Part shown: one piece after another, positions 26,758 through 39,780 of the stretch | Position numbering within the stretch: the stretch's first letter is position 1 | How the letters are laid out: every line of letters starts with the position of its first letter | Source: Octopus vulgaris | Taxonomy: Eukaryota | Length of the DNA: 64,000 nucleotides | NCBI GenBank assembly: GCA_951406725.2 | Contig: OX597828.1 | Location: 4,526,001 to 4,590,000, forward strand | Reading direction: 5' to 3' | Position numbers and translations under genes: made by a program | The notes under the pieces: generated by a model | Told to the model about the DNA's origin: nothing | The model's database searches: none | The model's input: the letters and a program-made list of their open reading frames with translations, nothing else

Positions 26758-27437
26758 GTGACCACTCTCTTATATTTATTTTGTAAAAATATTATAATAT
26801 ATTATAAAATATTATAATAATCCAGGTTTCTCGGAGCACTAGGCCACTTGGTGTTGAATAAATATACTATTAAATTAGTATCTAATTCTCTCACCCTTAT
26901 TAATTAATTATAATTATGCTGCATTTATTTCTAAATGCTGTATTTGTTTTCCGTGAAAGTTTGGCGCGCTGTTAGTTGGGGCATTTGAATTATAACGTCG
27001 GATGTAATCAATTGAACCACACACGTATTTATCGTTATGGTAAAATCTGGCGTGTGATTGAGTGGATTTCATCCAGATAGTTTTGGCTGACGAGCTACAA
27101 GTGGATTTTTTTGTAAGTAAAATTACATTTAATTCATTAATAGTGAAACAATTGTCCCAAAATAATCTGTATTTTTGTTATTTTTATTTGCCCTGTCCGT
27201 GTGAGCTAACAATCGTACTGGCTTTCATGGGAAACATGTATTTTTGTGGTTGAAACCTTTTGGATTAACTGGTGCTAGAGTGAGCCATATAGTGACCACT
27301 CTCTTATATTTATTTTGTAAAAATATTATAATATATTATAAAATATTATAATAATCCAGGTTTCTCGGAGCACTAGGCCACTTGGTGTTGAATAGATATA
27401 CTATTAAATTAGTATCTAATTCTCTCACCCTTATTAA

Positions 27438-27446
<9 letters not shown>
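26758..27446 (+). mobile_element. Retrozyme-like or non-autonomous PLE unit: 534-bp period, 155-bp terminal direct repeats, one intact hammerhead
   Basis: 26758-26912 equals 27292-27446 with one mismatch seen. No credible ORF. Hammerhead at 27081-27162. (TA)n flanks. Confidence 0.7.
27081..27162 (+). ncRNA. Type I hammerhead ribozyme, canonical core
   Basis: Helix I TTTTGG/CCAAAA, CTGACGA (27087-93), helix II GCTA/TAGT with 43-nt loop, GAAA (27145-48), palindromic CAATTG, then TC. Predicted cleavage after 27156. Confidence 0.8.
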
Positions 27447-27489
<43 letters not shown>

Positions 27490-27692
27490 GTGTGTGTGTG
27501 TATGTACGTGTATGTGTGTATATGTGTATGTATATTATTGTTGTCATTTATTCTATTCGTAATTAAAACAGAATAGAGTGTCTTGACTCTTTCCAAGGCC
27601 ACGGTCATCCCTCTCATTGGGCGCCTGTAGTAGTAAACACATTTGACCTCTGCTGACCGCAAGCGTGTTACGCTTCTTTGGCTAACTGATCG

Positions 27693-27693
<1 letters not shown>

Positions 27694-27728
<35 letters not shown>

Positions 27729-27762
27729 AACTACTACTGCTGCTGCTGCTGCTGCTGCAGCT
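27694..27762. repeat. (ACT)n(GCT)n microsatellite
   Basis: Seen directly. Confidence 0.95.
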
Positions 27763-27989
27763 GATACAGTTACTGATAATAACAACGATGATACTGACTT
27801 GCCAAGAGACAAACACGAGACATCATTTACATCCTGCTGACAGAACATATACAATCCCATTACCACTTCTGCCAACGCCATCACCATCCTACTGGAAATA
27901 GCTCGGAGACTGCTTGATGATTCTGTCTTTTGTCTTCCTGTTTCTCTCTCTCTCTCTGGCTGTCAATTCAATATACGCCTCTTTTTACG

Positions 27990-30900
27990 ACGCTATATGA
28001 AATGTGTGGGCCTGCCTTTTGATATGTTCCAAGCGGCAGGTCATGAAATGTACTTATTTAAAACCTCTCAAGATTAATCCTACCCACCCCAGTAAATGAT
28101 GATGCTTTGGACCTCTGAACCTTACTCAAGGAACAAGATAACTGGTTTACTCTGTGCGCTTATAATACGGCCCTGGATACCATAGAAATATCCACTAGAA
28201 CCCGTGTCGTTCGAAGAGCGCGTTCATCAGTGACCTAAGGTTCTGAACTCGAAAAGTCTTTAAATCAGAACGAACTTCCTCAAGAACTTGTAGCAAATCA
28301 AGTCAGGGATATTCCTGAAACTGATGTCCAGGATCAACTACCAAACCTGCCTCTAAGAAATAGAAATACAAAGTTGAAATAGACTAAGGAGGAATATATC
28401 GAAGTTATGCACGCATTCATTTATATCCACAGGCAAAATGTTCTGGAACCAGTAACTCGAACCAGCAAAATAGGTACACAGAACACTGTGAAGGTGGACC
28501 ACCAGTTGATACTAAAAACACTATAAATGATCAGGTCAGCAGTGAACTGTTAGATAGAATACTAGAATAATATCTAATACAACTGCATCATCCTTTCCAC
28601 GAAAGATCCCCACTTCTCAAAATTATTAATACTAATAACAACAGAGAAGCAATTAAAGAAGTTGATCAAGCACTCGGAGAGCTGATACAACTTCTTGAAA
28701 ATAGCAGAGAAAATGCCCTCGGAGTGATTGATCAAGTCCTTTACTCAGCTGCTTATGTTGCAACTCAGAAATGCGGTATTAAAATTAGAGATAGACAAAA
28801 AAGTGCAATGTACACAAACAGCCTGCATGGATGGAAAGGATAAACCGGCAAATAATCCAATTAAGAGCAAATATATCTTTTTCTGCGTGAAGTAAGCAAA
28901 AGGGAAACTAATAAACCCAATAAACTCATAAGAATATTTTCTAAACATGACTTTTACAAGAAAACAAAGGATACACAGTTTGAAATCCTCAACCAAAAAT
29001 ACAATTAAAAACTGAACGACTGGCAAGATATAAAAGAAAACATGCTCAGTATTCCTTAGACAAAACTTATTATTCAAGGAGAACACAAAAAATTCTACAG
29101 GGAACTGGGGGGAAATACCATTATTGTGGAAACACCTTATCCATAGCAGCAAACTGAAGATTTTTTTGAAAAACATTTGGGAAAATTCAAAGCAGTTTAA
29201 TCAGAATGCACGTTGGGTCAGGGACATGGAAGAGGCCAATTCCCACCTCAAATATCAAAAATGGCAGGATACAACAAATGAAATGAAAGCGTCGCTCACT
29301 AAGTCAAAGAAATGGAAATCTCCCAGGTATAGATAAGATTCCAAATTTTTGGTTAAACCCTTTAATGAGCTCTCACCACTCAATGAAGTCATGTCCAACT
29401 CTGTGAAAGCCCCGAAATGGCTTACCTGAGGGATTACATATCTCTTACCAAAAACAGAAGAAACTTCTAAACCCCAAATGTACCAGCGCATAACATGCAT
29501 CACCACCATATATAAACTGTTAACGTCTATAATAGTGAATAGAGCATATGAATTATTGGACAACAACAGGTCATTCCCAGTGGAACAATATGGATGCAAA
29601 AGGAGTTCATATGGATGTAAGGACCAATTACTGATGGATAAAATGGTCATTGAAAATTGCAATTCCAAGTGCAGTAACCTTAGCACCGCTTGAATATATT
29701 ACAAGGTTTATGACGGTGTTCCTTATGTATGGATCATCAAGGCCCCGGAAAATTACAATATAGCTCCAACAATTGTGAACATTTTAAATGTAATCGGGAT
29801 TTCGTGGAGAACCGCCCTTATTTTAAACCATACATAAGGATATACCACTTCACCAGACATCAATATCACCTGTTGTATCACCATTACTATTCTGCCTCGT
29901 TCTGTCCCCATCATCTGCGCAACTGAATAATGCTAAGAGAGTGTATAGGATCTTTGACCAGAAAATTAATTATCTACTCTATATGGATGATCTAAAACTG
30001 TTTGCCAAAAACAACAAAGAATTAGAAATTCTGAGTATTGTCAAAGAATTCAGCTCTGATATGGGTATGGAATTCGGACTTGATGATTGTACAAAGGCTA
30101 CTTTCATGGGAGGGTAGTTCATAAAGCTAGAAAACATAGAACTTGATACTACCACAGCTATTCGAAACCTAGACCAATCCGAAGTATACAAATATCTGAG
30201 AACCAATGAAGGTGAAGTTATCCAGCACTCTAAAATGAAAGAGATAATCCGCAAAGAATGATACCAAAGGGTAAGAATGGTCCTAAACTCAGAATTAAAT
30301 GCTGTTAACAGAATTAATGTGATAAATTCTTTGGCCATATCAGTAACCACATAGAATCTCCCAAGAAAAATAGGTGGAAGAGGCCTGAGATAGCTCGGAC
30401 AATCCTTCAAATCAGCAACAATAGGCCTTAAAACGTACCTTAATACTCTTACAAACTGCCCTGAGCCAAACAAGCTTCAGTCATGAAGCTTAGTAAGAAA
30501 TTAGTAAGAAATTTCAAATGTCTCTTGGCCTACAAGTTAACAATAAGAATGACCAAAGACACCCAAATACTGACAGATCTACCATTGCTTCTTCTGATTT
30601 ACAAATTAACAATCAGAAAGACCAACGAGATCCAAATAATGACAAACATATCATTGATGCAAAAGACATCAAACAAAACCAAAGAAGGCTTTCATAAATA
30701 ATATCGAAGACAATTAGAAAGGTAAATTCCTGCATGGAAAATACCCTAACCGCTTATCCAAGCCTGATATTGATCAATGGCTACAAGGGACAGGTCTGAA
30801 AAGGAGACAGAAGGTTCTTTTATTGCAGCGCAATATTAGAGCTTAGATACCGAAAACTACCATGCAAACGTCCTTAAAGACGGATCTGAACCCCCGTGCA

Positions 30901-31593
30901 GAATTTGCGGAACATTAACAGAGATAATTGATCATGTTGTTTCTGGCTGCCCAGCCCTCGCTGAAAAAGAGTACCTCATAAGACATTACAGACTAGTGCA
31001 GTATACACATCGGAATGCTTGTAAATACTACAAATTTATATTCCATGATAAATGGTACAGACACCATCTAGAGGATGTAGTAAATGGCGATGGCGCCATC
31101 TTACTTTGGAACTTCTCAATACAAACAGACGGAAAAATTGACTCCAATAGACCAGACATTATAATCAAGAACTACAACAGAGGAACTTTTCTGTTAATAG
31201 ATATGTCTGTCCCACAAGATCAAAATGTCTCAAGAAAGGAATACGAAAATATTTCTCATTATAAAGAGCTACAAATTGAAATCACAATACTGTGACCAAA
31301 GACACCAGAATACTGACAGATCTACCATTGCTTCTTCTGATTTACAAATCAACAATCAGAAAGGCCAACGATAATACCAGTAGTAATTGGTGGGTTGGGA
31401 ATGATACAGTTAAAAGATAACCTTGATGGGTACAGCTCATACACTGCGGAAAGCACCCTCCAACTAAAGTGGAATAAATGTGTTGATAATTTTCGCATTC
31501 ATAGCAAAACAAATGTGCCCTTGCTACTCTTGGCCTCCGGAGGATGTCCGGTGTTAAGGCAACTGAAATATAGTTATACAGAAAAGAAACCAT
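27990..31593 (+). mobile_element. Near full-length but inactivated R4/Dong-clade non-LTR retrotransposon
   Basis: Motifs in order across frames: KLK*TKEEYIEVMHAF, WKSPGIDKIPNFWL, GITYLLPK...ITCITTIYKLLT, EQYGCKRSSYGCKDQLL, LYMDDLKLF, GMEFGLDDC, LPRKIGGRGL, CRICGTLTEIIDHVVSGC..RHYR, ILLWNFSIQTD...NRPDII...LLIDMSVP, IIPVVIGGLG. Followed by (CAA)n(TAA)n. 5' boundary approximate. Confidence 0.93.
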
Positions 31594-31635
31594 AATAACA
31601 ACAACAACAACAGCAACAACAACAATAATAATGAA

Positions 31636-31712
<77 letters not shown>

Positions 31713-31716
31713 TAAT
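31594..31716. repeat. (CAA)n(TAA)n microsatellite, the Dong target/tail
   Basis: Seen directly. Confidence 0.95.
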
Positions 31717-32190
31717 TCCTAAACGAAACCAAAAGGGATAATGGACTGATAGTAACTATATTGACGTACTATATGCACTCTACAATGCAACACTATACCC
31801 AATAATAAAAGAAGCATGAGATATGAAAGAAAAGTGGTGAAGGTATGAGGAAAAAGAAAATACACTTACAAACACCCGATGATATATCTTACAAGAAACT
31901 CGTAAATAAAATATCCAATAAAGTAAGCAAATTCCACAACATGTACTCCACAGGTTGGGTACTCAACTGTAGAGCAGAACTCTCATTGCACACACTACAC
32001 AATGCAAGCGCTAATACAACAAATGACTCAATTCAAATCCTGTAACAAAACATAAGAATTGCCATAGAATCCCGGGAAGCTTCTGTACTTCCCAAACGTG
32101 CTTGGAAAGATCAGCACTCAACTACCAACATGGCCCAAAACGATTTGTACAAATGCAAAGTTAGAAGACCTGCAAAAATTATCATTGAAC
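31717..32190 (+). mobile_element. Probable second Dong-like element, N-terminal fragments
   Basis: PKRNQKG*WTDSNYIDVLYALYNATLYP parallels RNTKLK*TKEEYIEVMHAF of the upstream copy and starts right after the TAA tract. Confidence 0.5.
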
Positions 32191-32339
32191 TGCGAGAGTT
32201 CTTCACATGGTTTCTGAAGCATGATCGGTGAACCTTAATTCACTATACATACTCATTAAATTTCGTTGAGATATGCTTGGATTAACTGAAGTAAAAGATA
32301 ACTTTTCCTTCGATTTTGCCAATTTCTGATTTAAACTCT

Positions 32340-32860
32340 TCCAGGACCTCATCACTCCTGAAGGAGGAATCCCTCCCTAGACCCTTTTATGTGTGGCCAG
32401 TCATTACCATGTAGGCCTCAGGTAGCTGGTGAGATCATTTTGCCATCTTGTCTTTGGTCGGCTTCTTAATTCTATCCATTGCCTTGGTGACCATTCCGTC
32501 ACAATGACTGTCCATTTTATGTCCTTCGGTCGTATAATGTGGGCAGCCCGTCTATGTATGCTCTCCTTCATGGCTCTTAAGATTCCGTTACCTCTCGGGT
32601 CATGTCATCTACAGGCGTTGGTTTTCTTTTCCCTCATGTGACGATTCATTCCAGTTTCCATTGAGCTACAATGAGGGCGTTCATGATTGTAGTGTTAAGA
32701 GCTGAGCTCAAGTTTCGCTGACGTATATCATCACTGCCAGGATGTAACTATTGAAGATCTTTCCTTTAATTTTCATGGAAACCTTGAAATTTTTCATGAT
32801 ATTTTCCAACTTTGCAAAGGTCGCTTGGCGAAGTGGTATACTTATCTTGATCTCTGGTAG
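32340..32860 (-). mobile_element. RTE-clade LINE 3' fragment
   Basis: ATFAKLENIMKNFKVSMKIKGKIFNSYILAVMIYVSET and AAHIIRPKDIKWT..VTEWSPR...RPKTRWQND. Confidence 0.75.
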
Positions 32861-34119
32861 GAGAGTTCTGCATTTCCTTAGGTAATCGTGTGGGAGCGGC
32901 GTATACGCGTGGGAGGTATTGCAAGCCCGACGTATCCATGCATGAGGTAAAACTCCCCAAAATGGCTCGCCCGTTCGCACTGCCAAGCGTGGCCAGTATG
33001 ACAACACCTCTGGATGATATACACTAAATCTGATCTAACGTGAACATAAAATATAAATTGTGTTCTATTGTGGTGAGTTCTCTAATGTCAAAGTTGGTGT
33101 ACTCTTAAATTGCAAACTCGATTTATCGTCAGATATCGTTTTATTATACTCGAAAAATTGGAATTCATTAATCATTAATTGTAGAGAAAAATCCTGTCAC
33201 CTATATAGTTATTTTTATGTTCTTTTATTTTAACTTTCAGCATGACCTATCTAACTATAGAATGTTATATCGGAATATGTAAGCTATCACTGATATCAAA
33301 TTAAACATTATAAACTTCCTGTGACGTAAATGGTATTAAAGTTTACCTTCGCAATGTACTACGTTCTGAACGTTAACCCAATGTTCGCAACACTAGTATT
33401 ATATATATTTGTTATGTGATAATACATTAACTGAAAACAATGTTGATGAATCTCTAGCAAAGCTCGACTTACATATGCCTAATCCTATCAAGTTTAGGTA
33501 ATAATGTTGCACGTTTAAATACAGGTTTTAGCACAATTGAGAAAGAGTTACAGACAGGAATACTGCTATCAAGGAATGAAATATATACAGTGTTAGTTCA
33601 TAATAGTTTTTCTTTCTAATTATATAGAGATTTAGATTTATTAGATGCGTATTTACATTTGTTTTCTTAATTTTTTTCTAATTAAATATTCAATGAAATG
33701 AATTTAGGGAACAATTTGATTTAACTAATTTGAAATGAGAATCGATCACGTCAGAATATTCATAAATTTAAATGTCGCTATATATACTCATTATTCAATT
33801 TCCATTTCGTGATACGGATATCCTCAGCTGGAAAACTTGGTAATTCATTATACGCTGTATTGCGTTTTCTCTTCCGGAAAACGTATCTAATGCATATATT
33901 ATCATAAACATCTAGTTAGAATGCAAGACAGTTTAAAACAATACATCTAAAGAAAAATGAATGTCACGCAGCGTGACTATCAACTACTGAAGCACAAGTC
34001 GCATACAGTTAGGTAATTTGCAGCTTTGATCTCTGTTCCTGTTTCAAGTATTCGAAATACTTCATGATATAATGTAAATAGAATAGAAATATATAATTAT
34101 AAAAATTAGCTACCAATTC

Positions 34120-34315
34120 AAATATTGATTTCAAATTTTGGTACAAGGTGAGCAATTTCCGAGGCGGAGGTAGATCAATTACATCGACTGCTACTTTTAT
34201 CGGCACCGAAAGGATGAAAAACAAAGTAGACCTCGTCGGAATTTGAACTCAGAACGTGGATATAGACAAAATGCCGCTATTTTGACCGGGATATGAGCGA
34301 TTCAGTCAGCCCGTT
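34120..34315 (-). mobile_element. SINE family A, diverged
   Basis: CCGAAAGGATGAAAAACAAAGTAGACCTCGTCGGAATTTGAACTCAGAACGT. Confidence 0.8.
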
Positions 34316-35683
34316 ACTATATTCCCAATATTGAACCGTGGTGATTAATTCTTCTCGAAAAATATGTGGAATTTATCAGCCATTTATCAATAGATTTATT
34401 AAAATGGCTCCTGAGCAGGAATTATACATGGTTTCGTTACTAAGTGAGAAAAGCAAGCAAGTTTCAATAAAAGATGTAGAAGAATTCATATTGTATAATG
34501 TGATAATAGATATACAATGTATGATTAAAACACAGGATTGCTATCGATGTAACAACTTCTAACGTAGGACTATACGATCACCGGCTAATTTGTAACCAAA
34601 ATTAGTGAACGCGATGACAGACAGGCCGACAAAGAGAGTACGCAAAACAAGAAACCCTTGGAAATTTAACTTCTTTTATCCTTACAGTATGTTAATTTTC
34701 CTAATACGAATTTTGCGTGTACACACACACATACACATATGCGTACATACACAATGGTTTCAAATTAATTTGTGTAATGTCCCCGCTTGATCAGCATACG
34801 TGTGGCTTTTGAGCCCTACTATGCTTCTTGCTTCATGTGTTACAATGTAAAGCGTCCCGTGTGTGGGTGGATAATTTGAGGGATTTTAAAGCCTGCTTTC
34901 CCAAGACAGACATGTTCATGCTTGTTCCATGTTAATTTTGTGTGTCGGTATACTCAGGTTAAGTCACAGCAAGACACAAGCATGTCTCTTCAGCTCTTCA
35001 TGCTAGATACAATTTCGTTGGAACGACTTATTCACATGATACACTGCACCACAATGAGCGATATAGACCGAGGTTTTTCCCTCCATTTACAAAAAGTTTT
35101 AACTACAAGTGTATTTCGTTTTGTGAGCAGGGAAGAAGCTCATAATCAGTGGTATTCATCGTAAAATGTCTAATCAAGGTAATAATAAACATAAGGTCTT
35201 TCTTCGGTTACGTAAGTTTAATTATAATTTGTGAAAGAAAATTTACTGAGAAGAATAGTTTATTATTTTTTATACGAAAACTTTTTCATTGACAAACAGA
35301 CAGAACATGTACATCAATTCTACAGAATAATTTATATTACATGACACCTATATAAACATCTAATTAAGAAAGGTGACATTTCTTGATTGAAACCTCTTCA
35401 AAGAATTCTTGCAAAAATTCTCCTTTTCCCCCTTACAAACCTTAGTTCCAATTAGGGAAAGATGGCAGAAATTAAGAGTATTTGCTTTGAAGAATGTAAC
35501 ACGAATGTAAAAATTCAGCATTCAGCTTCACTTCAGTGTTAATGATTACAGTTATGTAAAATCATTCGAATGAAGCATTTTGTAAATGAAATGCCTTATT
35601 TCATAAGCGCCGCTCGAATATGTGTTCTACAGTACTTTGCTTATACATGAATATCCTTTCAATAAAATATATTCTACACCAAC

Positions 35684-35870
35684 GTGGCGAGCTGGCAGAA
35701 CCGTTAGCACGCCGGGCGAAATGTTTGGCGTTTTTTTTTTTTTGTCTGTCTTTACGTTCTGAGTTCAAATTCCGTCGGGGTCGACTTTGCCTTTCATCAT
35801 TTCGGGGTTGATAAATTAAGTACCAGTTGCATATTAAGGTCGATCAAATTTGGGGCCAAGAGTAGAAGAC
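35684..35870 (+). mobile_element. SINE family A
   Basis: GTGGCGAGCTGGCAGAACCGTTAGCACGCCGGGCG...GAGTTCAAATTCCGTCGGGGTCGACTTTGCCTTTCATC. Confidence 0.88.
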
Positions 35871-36322
35871 ACGTTCTAGCATCTTTTTTTTTTCTGACTA
35901 CACCTTCCGTTAGAAGATTCCATTATTTTGCAGAAGGTCGATTTGGAATGTGCTACAATGATACACAAGAGTAAATCTATTTGCCCCCATTTCCAAGTTT
36001 CCCTACATTTCCATAAAGTTGGACGTCTAAATCGATCTGACATCAACTATTCAACGTTACTGAATATCATACAAGTTCATGATAAAGTATGGTGCCTGTG
36101 CATTGTAGAACACACTTATCCGCCCCCGCTCAATTCTTTCAAATAAACTTCTGCAACCAATATATGCACTTATATCTCCTTATTATTCTGAATTCAACTA
36201 TCCTCCGTGTCAATATACACACACACCTCCAAGCTATTATCAGACTCTCCCACACTTTCAGCGTTTTTCTCTGTCTCACGTTTCTTATTTATATAAAAAA
36301 AAGAAACAGAGAAAGAAAAAAA

Positions 36323-36520
36323 TGTGAACTGGCAGAATCTGTATCACACCAGGCAAAATGATTAGCAGCATTTCGTCCGACATTTGAGTTCAAATTCCAC
36401 CGAGTCGACTTATACTTTCAGAGTCTATAAAATAAGTACCATTTGAGTACTGGACTGGTTGTAATCAACTATCCTCTCTACCAAAATTTCAGACTATGAG
36501 CCTCTAGTAGAAAGAATTAT
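36323..36520 (+). mobile_element. SINE family A, diverged
   Basis: GTGAACTGGCAGAATC...GAGTTCAAATTCCACCGAGTCGACTT...AAATAAGTACCA. Confidence 0.75.
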
Positions 36521-38354
36521 AAAATATATAGATAATAAAAATAATATCGGAAACAATATTTCCTTCACAAACTTAAATATGTATCTATTTAATGCCTGTT
36601 CTAATCAGAAATATAAATATAAAAAAGTATATTGGATATATCCTTTGAGTTCTTTTATCTTAGTATTTGTTTAAAATTACATGCCACGGTAAATCTAATG
36701 TGTAAACATTTCTAAATTATTTTAATCACCTTCAATAAGAAATATTACTGAAAGAGAAAATAGCCGGTTTCCTGAAACATTCAGAGAATAAGGTGTATAT
36801 TATAAGCAAAGAAATTCTGAAGAGTAAATAGCATTAATTCAGTATATGCAAAACTATTTTTTTTTATCTCAGTTAAAAATACATTTGACCACATTATAGT
36901 TATAAACAAAAATTCTCAAACAGTATTCTTGTATCACTTCAAATACCACCAAATATTGCCAAGGAATACACGGGTAGAAACAAGGTTTTCATACATTTGA
37001 AAGTTATTGCTTTTCGTTAATAATTTAACTTCATTTCCATATTGCATAATAGTATTATCTATCTATAAAGTGTAGATTATTCTAGGAAATACAAAAATGT
37101 TAAATCGTATATCAATCAATTCCAATAAATTATTGGTTCAACAAAATACCGATATCATGTATGCAATTTGCTTTTCCAATTTATATAATTCACGTGATGC
37201 GTGTTTAAGTGAAATACATATATAAATTTGAGACTGTCTACATTGTTGGCTAAAATCTATGAATATTTACCTACCAGTGATACATTAAAATAACTTCAAA
37301 CGTTAGTGGATATGAAACAGGCAATCTCGCTTCCTTGAGATCCGAAGCGCAGAGAAACTGTCGCAGAATGCAGCAATAGTTATCAATTAGTAAAAAGCTT
37401 TCACGATTATTTAGTTAATCTGCAGAGTAAACACTTTACAGAAGAAAGACAAAGAGTTAAAAATAAATAAATAAATAAATAGTTCCACATTCCTGAATAC
37501 CTTAGGCTCATTGGCATATAAATAGCCCCAAGTTTCTTTCAAACCTTCAGACAGATATTCTAATTGGCTACAGCGTTCATTTGATTATGCAATCTTTAGG
37601 GATTTCTCTTTAAGTTTATTCCTTGCATGCAAAGTAAGTGCCATGATCAGAGAAAATGAATTATGGTAATTCGCTAAATTAGTTGCCAACGAAAACAGAC
37701 CAGCATACAAAAATACCGCAAACAAACAATACACTAAGCCTTACGTTTCTTCACTTTCTTTCCTTGGAAAAAAGAAAATATATGTGTGTGTAATATTTCT
37801 CTTCGTTTGTCTGTCAAGCATACACTCAAGAGAACGTGTTTTAATCATATTTACAGTTGACTGTAGCGAATAACTATAAACATTAACATGCTATATGTGG
37901 TAACTAAAGAACAATAAGAAAATGCAAAACGTATATACTGAATTATAACAACTCGAAATAATAATAATAAAAAAAAAACTAAATATAATCATGCTGTTAT
38001 TGAAGATGAGCATGCGAATATGCATGTATTTACATATTAACACCCGTCCCTCCTGGCATCGTAGATAATTAAGTTTAATATATTTCATCACAGAAAATCT
38101 TGTACTCGCTAGACACATTTGATTTTATAAGATTAATGACTGAGATCCCTAGAATGAGAAATATTGTTCTAGTACAAGTCCGGCCAAATATGCAGGCATC
38201 ATTAATGGCTAATATCTTTCTCCAGAACCCGAATATCACGCAACATCATTTTGTAACAATAAAAAGTATTTAATCTTAGGATCATATCCGTTCACTTCCA
38301 CTTAAGAGCGGTCGCCGCTTTCACATATAAACTGCAATATATAGATCAGATTAA

Positions 38355-38890
38355 GGCGGCGAGCTGGCAGAAATGTTAGCACGCCGGGCGAAATGCGTAG
38401 CCATATTTCGTCTGCCGTTACGTTCTGAGTTCAAATTCCGCCGAGGTCGACTTTGCTTTTCATCCTTTCGGGGTCGATAAATTTAGTACCAGTTATGCAC
38501 TGGGGTCGATGTAATCGACTTAATCCGTTTGTCTGTCATTATTTGTCCCCTCTGTGTTTAGCCCCTTGTGGATAGTAAAGGAATAGGTATTTCGTCTGCC
38601 ACTACATTCTGGGTTCAAATTCTGCCGAGGTCGACTTTGCCTTTCCTCCTTTCGGGGTCGATTAAATAAGTACCACTTACACACTGGGGTCGATATAATC
38701 GACTTGATCCGTTTGTCTGTCCTTGTTAGTCGTCTCTGTGTTTAGCCCCTTGTGGGTAGTAAAGAAATAGGTATTTCGTTCATCTTTACGTTCTGAGTTC
38801 AAATTGCGCCGAGGTTGACTTTGCTTTTCATATATTCGTGAACGATAAAATACGTCCCAGTTGAGCATTAGGGTCGATTTAATCCACTTA
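38355..38890 (+). mobile_element. SINE family A tandem trimer (one full unit plus two head-truncated units)
   Basis: TTTCGT... unit starts at 38406, 38590 and 38774, a 184-bp period. Confidence 0.9.
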
Positions 38891-39481
38891 GTCAAATAAG
38901 AATATTATCTTAATATGTTCAGAATAAAAACTACCTATCCATCTATCTCCTCAGAAATTGCCGGCCTTGTGCCAAAACTTGAAGCCACTATATGGATCAA
39001 ATTTCAAATAAACCTGGCGCGCCATATAAAAATTACAGCTAAACCCAATTTTGGCCGCTATATTCTCCAGAGAATAACTACCAAGATCTTTGTCTAGATC
39101 ACTTTAGTTTTCGAGAAAGAATAACTTCATCTCATTTTAAAATGTATCTTAGTATTTTAGAGAAAAAAAGAAAGTCTTGGGAAACAAGATAAGATCTGAA
39201 TATCACAATGAGGTCTAAAGTATGAAATATTATCACTATAATGTCAGATAGCCTACAATTAAACAAAAATGCCATAGAGTTAAGCAGGTGAGTATTTTTT
39301 AGGAATAAAAGCAAAAAACTGTTAAACTGCCAATGCTTAGAAATATATACTAAGAATTAACAACTGTCAAAAGGAAACGAGATAGGTTTTATTTGAAATT
39401 ATAACACACGTTTCACGTTAATAGTTATTATAACAGTAATAAAGTCAAACAAGGAATAATCTCCTAATATGTTCAGAATAA

Positions 39482-39484
39482 AAA

Positions 39485-39561
<77 letters not shown>
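39482..39561. repeat. (ATCT)n microsatellite
   Basis: Seen directly. Confidence 0.95.
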
Positions 39562-39584
39562 ATATATATGACGTATATATGCTT

Positions 39585-39780
39585 TCATTTCTTTTTATTC
39601 TTTTATTTTATCGCTCATTGAACTTGCCGCCATGCTGGACACGCTTTTGAATAGGATTCTTCAATTAAATAATATCCAGTACAGCTGTTAATTTTGGTTC
39701 TTGATCCACACTTTTCATATTACCGAACGTTTAGTTTACCGAGTTGTATATAAAACTACGCCAGTTCTCCATCTGTAAGA
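39585..39780 (-). mobile_element. SINE family B 3' half, old
   Basis: Reverse complement contains GTGTCCAGCATGGCGGCAAG...ATAAAAGAATAAAAAGAA, similar to the family B tail. Confidence 0.5.

Noticed and set aside
38355-38450. SINE heads as genuine tRNA genes
   Set aside because: A/B boxes are present but there is no cloverleaf, and they are multicopy with SINE bodies.
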